Shown piece after piece: positions 24,124 to 35,182 of a stretch of 64,000 nucleotides of DNA. This stretch comes from Bilabrum cf. latius. Lineage: Eukaryota. The stretch is taken from NCBI GenBank assembly GCA_965178125.1, contig OZ237747.1, positions 248,001 through 312,000 on the forward strand, given 5' to 3'. Positions within the stretch are counted from its first letter, which is position 1, and the number at the start of each line of letters is the position of its first letter. Made by a program: the position numbers and the translations under genes. The notes under the pieces were generated by a model. The model saw only the letters and a list, made by a program, of their open reading frames with translations. It did no database searches and was not told the DNA's origin.

Positions 24124-27100
24124 TCACACCATCCCCTCCAGACCCCCCGGCACCTCGAGAAGCAAATGAGCCGACTCGGCCACGGCAGTGGCCAGCCGCT
24201 TCACCTCCCTCTTCTCCGTCGCCTTCCCTCGGGGACCACACTCCCACGTGAAGCACTCCCGCACCCCCGCGCTCGGCACACCCAGCGCCCACCCCTTGCC
24301 CTGACGGTCCCCCACGCTTACCCCCTCCCCGCCCCCGAACACCATCGCCGCCCCCTCCCCGCTCCCGGACCCAGCCCCTTCGTCCACCGAGCCCAGGCCA
24401 GACCCACCCCCAGAGCCCGGGCTCAACACCCCCTGCCTACTCCTGCTGATCCTCCTGGACCCTGAGCCGATTCCAACGGAGCCCACAGCCACTGGGCTCG
24501 GGCTGCCCGAGGAGGACGAAGCAGCGCTCGCGGTGCTGATGCCGTCGGGGCCTGCCACAGCCGATCCCACCCGCATGGCGAGGCGCAGCAGGACGCACAC
24601 CCTGTCGCTGCAGCGCACCGCATTCAACCTCGCGCCCAACGACCCACCACCTGCACCTGCACCTGCACCTGCACCTCCAGTGGCACAGCGCAGCGCCGAG
24701 ACAGCCCCTCTGGAGCCCTGGTCCCCAGCCAAAGCGAGCATGCGCTCGAGCACCTGCTTCCTGCTCGCCTCCGCGCTTGTTCCCTCGCCGCCCCGGGGCA
24801 CTCCCATCACGGCCTCTCCGCGCACCAGGGGCATGGCCCACGCCGCACTGCGATGCATCACGTCGTGCATCATCCAGACCAGCTGAGGCACCACGGCCCG
24901 TCTCACCCAGCCGGCGGCGGGCACGCGGCAGCACAGGGGGGTCGGGTCCCCCCCATGCCCGGACCCGGGCGCGAGTCCCCGGCCGCCCAGCCGCCCCGCG
25001 TCCAGCCCCAGGCCGGCCTCGTCCCATGGCCCGCAGTTGGCTCCGCGGGGCCGGGTCCAGTCGTTCTCCAGGCTCGCCATGGCCTGGCTCACCTCGCGGG
25101 CCGCGCCAGCGGACGGGTGCGCGGGCGCGGCGGAGGCGCCGCCGTGTTCCCCGAGCAAGTCCGAGTCCGATTCCTAGTCCCAGTGCGTGCACGGACCAGG
25201 ACTTGCGGGGGGCCAAGCCACGAAGACCGGAACCTACTTGATGCGCGCCCCGCCTCGCCCTGCCCCTGCCCCTGCCCCTGTCGATGCCGATGCCTCTAAC
25301 CGCTCGTCCTCATCGCCCTCCTCCTGGTCTCGTGAGATGGGCCGCGAGGGAACCTGCGCGTGCGAACGGATGGACGGCACGCACAGGTCGGCACGCCCGG
25401 GCACCAGTCCTCCCAAGCCAGCGTCCTCGGGGCCCAGCACTCCCGCAGCAGCGGCCCCCGCTGCCCATCGAGTGCGAATGGCCTTCGCTCGCCTACCGCT
25501 GCTGCTGCTGCTGCTGCTGCCGGTTGCATCTGCAGCACCCGAAGCCCCACCGAGCCTTGCCCCCCAGCCGATCGCCCCTGTCTCTTCGGGCGCAGACCGG
25601 CATCCAGCCGCCACCTCTGCTGCTGCCTCCATGGGTGCCTGCAGCCACCCGCGGGCCCCGGCCCCTGCGCCCGCCACTGCCTCCGCCAGCATGGCCCACG
25701 CCCGCAGCGCCAGCAGCTCTGCCCGCCTGTACCTCCCGCTCGCCCCCTCCCTCCACCGACCCAGCGCGGCCTGCCAGTGCCGCCCCGCCAGTCCCACCAA
25801 AGTGGGGGCCCCCTCCAGGGGCTCCTGCACGGAGGCTTGCCAACGGCGGTACGCCCGCAGCGCGCGAGTCAACCGCCGCCAGCACAGGTGCTCAGACACC
25901 GCCAGGCCAAGGCTCGGATGCGCGGCGCCACTTCCGCACGCGGCCTCCCTGATCGCGTCAGCGGTCTCGTCGTACTTGAGGAGCGATCGCACCGGCGCGA
26001 ACGGGCCGTAGGAAGGCTCCCCCTCGTCGTCGGCACCCTGTTCCCTCAGATCCGCAAGCGAAAGCTCCGCGGCCCGAGCCAAGTCACGCACCTGCTAGGT
26101 GGACCCAACGCCCACCCCGTGGCCATGTGCACACCCTTGCCCTCCCATGCCGTCCTCGCCATCCTCGTCGCGATGCGCGCACGCCCTGTCCTGCCCCTGC
26201 CCCTCTCCCTCTGCCTCTCCCTTTCCCTTTCCCTCGCTCTCGCTCTCGTCCCGCACAGACTCGCCCCCCGCGATGCACCCCACCGCGTGCAGCAGAGAGT
26301 CCAGCTCCTGCTCCGCTCTGTCTCCGACCGTGCGCCCGAAGCTAGAAGCACCCCACAGCCGCTCTCCAGCAGACGCTCCCAGCAGCAGAGGACCCCCCGC
26401 AGGCGTGACACTGCCGCTCGGCACAGGGGTCCCGGCCGCGTCGCGGGGCCCCTCGGTTGGTCTCGCAAGCCCCATGGCCTTGAGGTGGTGCTCCACCACG
26501 AGCAGCCTGCACTGCGTGTTGGCAGCAGCCAGAGCGGCACGCGCGTCAGGCACGAAGGCAGACACACCTCGCGCGCTAGGCACGCAGGGAAGCGTCGCCG
26601 CGGCCACGGCGTGCACCCGGCGAGCGAGCCCGGGTGCCAGTCCCCATCGCCTGCAGAATGCAGCGCCGGCACTGCTCCCGAGCCCCACGCCCAGTGCGGC
26701 CGGTGCCATGGGCGGGGGCGGTGGCAGGCACCCCGCGCACCGCAGGTCCGTCCCGATCCCCCCCTTGCTGAATGACCCCCCCACGTCCACAAGCGCGGAA
26801 GCAGCCTCCCGCAACGCCTGCCTCGCGCTTGGATCCTCCACGGACCGCTCCCATCCCGGCAGCAGCCCGGCCACTGCGGCCCTCAGACCGGCCGGGGCTA
26901 GGGCAGGGAGGCTCCTCCTTGCGTGCAGAAAGGTGGACGCAAGGGCGCCCCCGTTGCAGCTCGCCCGCTGCAGCGCCGCCGTCAGCACGCCCAGCGCGCG
27001 GGGCCGCAGGAGCCCCGCCCGCACGTCCGAGGCAGCCCTGCTGTCCGCGCCTTTGGCCAGGTGCGCGATGCACGCGGCAGCATCCACAGCCCGCTGGCAC

Positions 27101-27623
27101 TGACCCCCAGCAAGCAGGTGGCCCGCGTACAGCTCTAGGATGCGCACGGCGGACCCCATCGCGTGCATGTACTGCGAGCGACAGTCCCTGGCCTGCGCCT
27201 CCGTCTGCTCCCCGTTTGTTCCCTGGGTCGCGTGCAGCACCGACCGCGCCAGGTCAGGGGCCACCGCCCGCACCGCGTCGTCGGACAACATGGCACCGCC
27301 CGCCGTCTCCGCGCCGGCACCCATCAGGCGCAGCGCCTGCGCCACGGTGCCGCCGCCGATGAGCCAGCCGGCCACGGCCCCTGCGATGGACCGCAGCACC
27401 GGCGCGTTGGCGGCGGCGAGCCTGGCCCGCGCCATGGAATCGCCGTAGGGAGCGCCCAAACGGCGGGAAGTGTGCGCCAACGAGGCTGCCGCGGCCTCCA
27501 GCTGCGGATAGGTCTCGCTCGACAGTGGGCCGCTGCTGCCTCCCTGCGCGCTACCCCTGACAGACGAAACGACCCCCATGCCCCCGCTAGTGCTGCTGCT
27601 GTCCCCCACGGCACCGCGCGCGG
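24124..27623 (-). pseudogene. 5'-truncated duplicate of the Nup107-like 3' part (copy B)
   Basis: Near-identical to 35183-38740. The frame is still open under UAG=Gln, but the 5' region is missing. Confidence 0.65.
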
Positions 27624-27672
27624 ACGCTGCCCCCTCAGCGCTCGAAGAGCACCGCGACTCGATTGCCGCTCA

Positions 27673-28221
27673 TGTTATATGTACTCGGACATCAGGATTG
27701 AAGCGACGGGGAGCAGAGGTGAGACGGAAGACGGGGCGGGCGCAGGAGGACAGAAGGTGGAGAAGAAGAGGGGGACACCGGCACAGGCGACGACAGTGCG
27801 GTGTCAACAGGGAGAACACAACGGGAGGAATGGGGGCTCCAGGTGCAATGCACGAGGGAGACGCGGGTGGCAGCGGGCTGCATGGCCAGCAGCACGCAGA
27901 GGGCCAACAGGTGGGTGGACAGATGTGGCGCACGGCAGGTCGGCCAGGACCGGCGCGTGCAAGCTGAAAGGATAGGGCCAAGGTGGCAATGCAGGGAGCA
28001 AAGCACACGGTCCCTAGGGCGCGGACCAGGAACAGGAAGCCATGTGGCGACGAGGCCAGTCGGGTGCATGGGGAAAGTGGCGTATACATTCGTAGTGTCA
28101 GATGAATACCGCATTCAGGTGGACCGGTGAAGAACCAGTCGTTCGGGGTGAAGCCCAGTGGGTCCGCGGGACCGGGGGCAGGAATTTTCTTGGAACAAAT
28201 CTGATCTGTAGTCTAGGTTCA
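27673..28221. mobile_element. Non-coding interspersed element, copy 2 (~549 bp, two internal deletions)
   Basis: Inserted within GCCGCTCA|AGTCCAGAT, which is contiguous at 21725-21741. This is a different site from copy 1, with the same termini. Confidence 0.75.
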
Positions 28222-28600
28222 AGTCCAGATGTGACTTCCCAGACTTCCTCGTCTGCAGCTTGTGGTCAGATGATCCGATCCCCAGTCCGAGCCGCTCATG
28301 ATCCGGAATAGATCAACATACACCCACGCACACCAGCTTCACCTGCCAGGGACGTCTCCGACTGGCTACCCACCCCACCCACCAACCATACCAGATCATC
28401 CCGCCGGTCACCTCCTTCACTGCAGTCGCCCTCCCACCAAACCACTTCTTACCCTGCAGGATGGTTACCAAATCCAGTTCTACGCACGAGAGAGAGAAGA
28501 CCGCGTTAGCAATGAAGCAGAAATGCAGGAATACCTTTGCCACTGATGGCAGCAGGCATGCATTGATCAACAGGTCATGCACACAGCGTATCCAAGACTA

Positions 28601-29548
28601 TCAGTGCATCGCAATTATGTGCTTCTTGAGATGGCCTGGGCGCCCAAAGCGCTTGCCGCACACACAGCACTCGTGATTGCGCTCCCCAAGGTGCACAGTC
28701 CTCATGTGCGTCTGAAGACTGCCTGCCTGCCCAAAGCGCTTGCCGCACACAGAGCACTCGTGATTGCGCTCCCCAACGTGCACAGTCCTCATGTGCGTCG
28801 TGAGACTGCCTGCCTCCCCAAACCGCTTGCCGCACACAGAGCACTCGTGATTGCGCTCCCCAAGGTGCACAGTCCTCATGTGCGTTGTGAGATGGCCTGC
28901 CTCCCCAAAGCGCTTGCCGCACACAGAGCACTCGTGATTGCGCTCCCCAACGTGCACAGTCCTCATGTGCGTCTTGAGACTGCTTGCCACTCCAAAGCGC
29001 TTGCCGCACACAGAGCACTCGTGATTGCGCTCCCCAAGGTGCACAGTCCTCATGTGCCTAGTGAGACTGCCTGCCGCCCCGAAGCGCTTGCCGCACACAG
29101 AGCAGTCGTATCCCTTGCTCCTATCGCTGGTGAGCAACCCTGCCGCTGGACTCTGCTCCCTTCTCCTCCTCTTCTCCTTCTTCTTGCTGCTTGCACCGCG
29201 CCCGTCCACTGCATCGTCATCTTCTACGGCAGCCTGGAAGTCTTCATGGACTCTCTTCTGCCCCAAGCGCGCACCTGTGCTACCAGCACTAGATGACACA
29301 GATTCAGTTGACTAGACTCCAGAAGCCAAGGGCAATGCAGCTGTTGAACTTGGTGCTGACGACAACTCTGGACCAAATGCCCTCCTGCTGCTTCGCCCAG
29401 CTCGCCCACCCCATGATACAACGGCACCAACTCCAGATGATCCATCTTCTGCACGATCACCAGCCCCCATGCTTCCGCCGGGGTTGCTCTCAAACTCTTC
29501 TTCACTATCACTGCTCACAAGGTCAATCACCTCATCTGGACCTGCCAT
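28601..29548 (-). CDS. Tandem C2H2 zinc-finger protein, copy 3 (6 fingers); 1 in-frame TAG
   Basis: Same architecture; TAG at 29312-29314; ends in TGA. Confidence 0.88.
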
Positions 29549-30007
29549 GGAAAACACGCCAAGATGCAACAGAAAGCCTGCACTGTCTTACAAGCTTGTC
29601 TCCACTTCAAGTCGATCGGACTAAACACCAATGTCAGCCGAGTCGAGATACACCACGGCTTCCAGTCTGCTCCAGTACCAGGTCAGGGATTTCGGGGCCT
29701 TGCCTGGAGATACCCAACTCGCCACAGTGATGCCAACTGAAGAAGCCTGTACAGACAGAGATTGATTGAAGTTACACGATGACGCTTCTCGTACTATTCG
29801 ATAGGCGCGATCAATTGCCAATGGAGAAGCCTTCCTGGCCTCGAGGTTCCGCAATGAACATGGACTCCGCGCACTGCCAGCACGCAGTCTGCAGTCGATC
29901 CAGGGTTTGCACAGATACCAAGGCTGACACTCAACAAGCACACATGCATACACATCCCCATGACGCCCACATGCTAAGCCCCCTGACCATTCCAAGCCGA
30001 GTTCCAA

Positions 30008-32607
30008 TCACACCATCCCCTCCAGACCCCCCGGCACCTCGAGAAGCAAATGAGCCGACTCGGCCACGGCAGTGGCCAGCCGCTTCACCTCCCTCTTCTC
30101 CGTCGCCTTCCCTCGGGGACCACACCCCCACGTGAAGCACTCCCGCACCCCCGCGCTCGGCACACCCAGCGCCCACCCCTTGCCCTGACGGTCCCCCACG
30201 CTTACCCCCTCCCCGCCCCCGAACACCATCGCCGCCCCCTCCCCGCTCCCGGACCCAGCCCCTTCGTCCACCGAGCCCAGGCCAGACCCACCCCCAGAGC
30301 CCGGGCTCAACACCCCCTGCCTACTCCTGCTGATCCTCCTGGACCCTGAGCCGATTCCAACGGAGCCCACAGCCACTGGGCTCGGGCTGCCCGAGGAGGA
30401 CGAAGCAGCGCTCGCGGTGCTGATGCCGTCGGGGCCTGCCACAGCCGATCCCACCCGCATGGCGAGGCGCAGCAGCACGCACACCCTGTCGCTGCAGCGC
30501 ACCGCATTCAACCTCGCGCCCAACGACCCACCACCTGCACTTGCACCTGCACCTCCAGTGGCACAGCGCAGCGCCAAGACAGCCCCTCTGGAGCCCTGGT
30601 CCCCAGCCAAAGCGAGCATGCGCTCGAGCACCTGCTTCCTGCTCGCCTCCGCGCTTGTTCCCTCGCCGCCCCGGGGCACTCCCATCACGGCCTCTCCGCG
30701 CACCAGGGGCATGGCCCACGCCGCACTGCGATGCATCACGTCGTGCATCATCCAGACCAGCTGAGGCACTACGGCCCGTCTCACCCAGCCGGCGGCGGGC
30801 ACGCGGCAGCACAGGGGGGTCGGGTCCCCCCCATGCCCGGACCCAGGCGCGAGTCCCCGGCCGCCCAGCCGCCCCGCGTCCAGCCCCAGGCCGGCCTCGT
30901 CCCATGGCCCGCAGTTGGCTCCGCGGGGCCGGGTCCAGTCGTTCTCCAGGCTCGCCATGGCCTGGCTCACCTCGCGGGCCGCGCCAGAGGACGGGTGCGT
31001 GGGCGCGGCGGAGGCGCCGCCGTGTTCCCCGAGCAACTCCTAGTCCGATTCCGAGTCCCAGCGCGTGCACGGACCAGGACTTGCGGGGGGCCAAGCCACG
31101 AAGACCGGAACCTACTTGATGCACGCCCCGCCTCGCCCTGCCCCTGCCCCTGCCCCTGTCAATGCCGATGCCTCCAACCGCTCGTCCTCATCGCCCTCCT
31201 CCTGGTCTCGTGAGATGGGCCGCGAGGGAACCTGCGCGTGCGAACGGATGGACACCACGCACAGGTCGGCACGTCCGGGCACCAGTCCTCCCAAGCCAGC
31301 GTCCTCGGGGCCCAGCACTCCCGCAGCAGCGGCCCCCGCTGCCCATCGAGTGCGAATGGCCTTCGCTCGCCTACCGCTGCTGCTGCTGCTGCTGCTGCCG
31401 GTTGCATCTGCAGCACCCGAAGCCCCGCCGAGCCTTGCCCCCCAGCCGATTGCCCCTGTCTCTTCGGGCGCAGACCGGCATCCAGCCGCCACCTCTGCTG
31501 CCGCCTCCATGGGTGCCTGCAGCCACCCGCGGGCCCCAGCCCCTGCGCCCGCCACTGCCTCCGCCAGCATGGCCCACGCCCGCAGCGCCAGCAGCTCTGC
31601 CCGCCTGTACCTCCCGCTCGCCCCCTCCCTCCACCGACCCAGCGCGGCCTGCCAGTGCCCCCCCGCCAGTCCCACCAAAGTGGGGGGCCCCTCCAGGGGC
31701 TCCTGCACGGAGGCTTGCCAACGGCGGTACGCCCGCAGCGCGCGAGTCAACCGCCGCCAGCACAGGTGCTCAGACACCGCCAGGCCAAGGCTCGGATGCG
31801 CGGCGCCACTTCCGCACGCGGCCTCCCTGATCGCGTCAGCGGTCTCGTCGTACTTGAGGAGCGATCGCACCGGCGCAAATGGGCCGTAGGAAGGCTCCCC
31901 CTCGTCGTCGGCACCCTGTTCCCTCAGATCCGCAAGCGAAAGCTCCGCGGCCCGAGCCAAGTCACGCGCCTGCTAGGTGGACCCGACGCCCACCCCGTGG
32001 CCATGTGCACCCCCTTGCCCTCCCATGCCGTCCTCGCCATCCGCATCGCGATGTGCGCTCGCCCTGTCCTGCCCCTCTCCCTCTCCCTCTCCCTCTCCCT
32101 CTCCCTCTCCCTCGCTCTCGTCCCGCACAGACTCGCCCCCCGCGATGCACCCCACCGCGTGCAGCAGAGAGTCCAGCTCCTGCTCCGCTCTGTCTCCGAC
32201 CGTGCGCCCGAAGCTAGAAGCACCCCACAGCCGCTCTCCAGCAGACGCTCCCAGCAGCAGAGGACCCCCCGCGGGCGTGACACTGCCGCTCGGCACAGGG
32301 GTCCCCGTCGCGTCGCGGGGCCCCTCGCTTGGTCTCGCAAGCCCCATGGCCTTGAGGTGGTGCTCCACCATGAGCAGCCTGCACTGCGCGTTGGCAGCAG
32401 CCAGAGCGGCACGCGCGTCAGGCACGAAGGCAGACACACCTCGCGCGCTAGGCACGCAGGGAAGCGCCGCCGCGGCCACGGCGTGCACCCGGCGAGCAAG
32501 CCCGGGTGCCAGTCTCCATCGCCTGCAGAATGCAGCGCCGGCACTGCCCCCGAGCCCCACGCCCAGTGCGGCCGGTGCCATGGGCGGGGGCGGTGGCAGG
32601 CACCCCG
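30008..32607 (-). pseudogene. 5'-truncated duplicate of the Nup107-like 3' part (copy C, shortest)
   Basis: Near-identical to 35183-37851. Identity breaks abruptly after GGCACCCCG at ~32607. Confidence 0.65.
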
Positions 32608-32729
32608 AGCGGCTACTGAATTCCAACGCGAGACCTCATACTCGGAGATCACAATGGCAGCACCATCCACGTCGTGGATGGGTGTTGTGCACACCCAACC
32701 GAATGTCACCGGGACATGCATGGGGTGTA

Positions 32730-33033
32730 GCCCTAGTTTTCAGCTTGCACGCGCCGGTCCTGGCCGACCTGCCGTGCGCCCCATCTGTCCACCCACCTGT
32801 TGGCCCTCTGCGTGCTGCTGGCCAGCCGCCCGCTGCCACCCGTGTCTCCCTCCTGCCTTGCACCTGGAGCCCCCATTCCTCCCGTTGTGTTCTCCCTGTT
32901 GACACCGCACTGTCGTCGCCTGTGCCGGTGTCCCCCTCTTCTTCTCCACCTCCTGTCTTCCTGCGCCCACCTCGTCTTCCGTCTCACCTCTGCTCCCCGT
33001 CGCTTCAATCCTGATGTCCGAGTACATATACCA
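32730..33033. mobile_element. Partial, inverted copy 3 of the interspersed element
   Basis: Reverse complement of ~15130-15435 (…CAGCTTGCACGCGCCGG…GATGTCCGAGTACATATACCA). Confidence 0.7.
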
Positions 33034-33170
33034 GAAATATACACACACCCCAGTTCTACGCACCAGAGAGAAGACCGCGTCAGCAATAAAGCAGAAATGC
33101 AGGAATACCTTTGCCACTGGTGAAAGCAGGCATGGATTACTCAACACGTCAAGCCCAGTATCCAAGCCTA

Positions 33171-34724
33171 TCAGTGCATCGCATTCATGTGCTTCTTGAG
33201 ACTGCCTGCCTCCCCGAAGCGCTTGCCGCACACAGAGCACTCGTGATTGCGCTCCCCAAGGTGCACGGTCCTCATGTGTCTCGTGAGACTGCCTGCCTCC
33301 CCGAAATGCTTGCCGCACACAGAGCACTCGTGATTGCGCTCCCCAAGGTGCACAGTCCTCATGTGCGTCGTGAGACTGCCTGCCTGCCCAAAGCGCTGGC
33401 CGCACACACAGCACTCGTGATTGCGCTCCCCAAGGTGCACAGTCCTCATGTGCTTCGTGAGACTGCCTGCCTGCCCAAAGCGCTTGCCGCACGCAGAGCA
33501 CTCGTGATTGCGCTCCCCAAAGTGCACAGTCCTCATGTGCGTCGTGAGATGGCCTGAGCGCCCGAAGCGCTTGCCGCACACAGAGCACTCGTGATTGCGC
33601 TCCCCAAGGTGCACAGTCCTCATGTGCTTCTTGAGACTGCCTGCCTCCCCGAAGTGCTTGCCGCACACAGAGCACTCGTGATTGCGCTCCCCAAGGTGCA
33701 CAGTCCTCATGTGCTTTGTAAGATTGCCTGCCTGCCCAAAGCACTTGCCGCACACAGAGCACTCGTGATTGCGCTCCCCAAGGTGCACAGTCCTCATGTG
33801 CGTCCTGAGACTGCCTGCCTCCCCAAAGCGCTGGCCGCACACAGAGCACTCGTGATTGCGCTCCCCAAGGTGTACAGTCCTCATGTGCATTGTGAGATGG
33901 CCTGCCATCCCAAAGCGCTGGCCGCACACAGAGCACTCGTGATTGCGCTCCCCAAGGTGCACAGTCCTCATGTGCGTTGTGAGATGGCCTGCCTCCCCGA
34001 AGCGCTTGCCGCACACAGAGCACTCGTGATTGCGCTCCCCAAGGTGCACAGTCCTCATGTGCTTCGCGAGATTGCCTGCCTCCCCGAAGCGCTTGCCGCA
34101 CACAGAGCACTCGTGATTGCGCTCCCCAAGGTGCACAGTCCTCATGTGCGTCTTGAGATGGCCTGCCTCCCCGAAATGCTTGCCGCACACAGAGCACTCG
34201 TGATTGCGCTCCCCAAGGTGCACAGTCCTCATGTGCGTCTTGAGACTGCCTGGGCGCCCAAAGCGCTTGCCGCACACAGAGCACTCGGATCCCTTGCTCC
34301 TATCGCTGGTGAGCAACCCTGCCGCTGTACTCGGCTCCCTTCTCCTCCTCTTCTTCTTCTTCTCGCTTGCACCGTGCTCGTCCACTGCATCGTCAGCCTC
34401 TACGGCAGCCTGGAAGTCTTCACGGACTCTCTTCTGCCCCAAGCGCGCACCTCTGCTGGCAGCACTAGATGACATCGATTCAGTTGACTAGACTCCAGAA
34501 GCCAATGGCATTGCAGCTGTTGAACCTGATGCTGACGACAACTCTGGACCAAATGCCCTCATGCTTCTTCGCCCAGCTCGCCCACCCCATGATACAACGG
34601 CACTTAGTCCAGATGATCCCTCTTCTGCACGATCACCAAACCCCATGCTTCCGCCGGGGTTGCTCTCAAACTCTTCTTCACTATCACTGCTCACCAGGTC
34701 AATCACCTCATCTGGACCTGCCAT
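33171..34724 (-). CDS. Tandem C2H2 zinc-finger protein, copy 4 (13 fingers); 1 in-frame TAG
   Basis: Same architecture; TAG at 34488-34490; ends in TGA. Confidence 0.9.
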
Positions 34725-35182
34725 GGAAAACACGCCAAGATACAAGCAAGCCTGCACTGTCTTACAAGCTTGTCTCCACTTCTAGTTGATCGGACTCAAC
34801 ACCAATGTCAGCCGAGTCGAGATACACCACGGCTTCCAGTCTGCTCCAGTACAAGGTCAGGGATTTCGGGGCCTTGCCTGGAGATACCCAACTCGCCACA
34901 GTGATGGCAGCTGAAGAAGCCTATACAGACAGAGATTGAAGTTACACGATGACGCTTCTCGTACTATTCGATAGGCGCGATCAATTGCCAATGGAGAAGC
35001 CTTCCTGGCCTCGAGGTTCCGCAATGAACATGGACTCCGCGCACTGCCAGCACGCAGTCTGCAGTCGATCCAGGGTTTGCACAGATACCAAGGCTGGCAC
35101 TCAACAAGCACACATTGATTCGTACCCCCATGACGCCCACATGCTAAGCCCCCTGACCATGCCAAGCCGAGTTCATTTCCAA

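Noticed and set aside
15904-34290. 87-bp repeats as a CRISPR array
   Set aside because: The units are contiguous coding C2H2 fingers with no unique spacers, there are no cas genes, and the context is eukaryotic.
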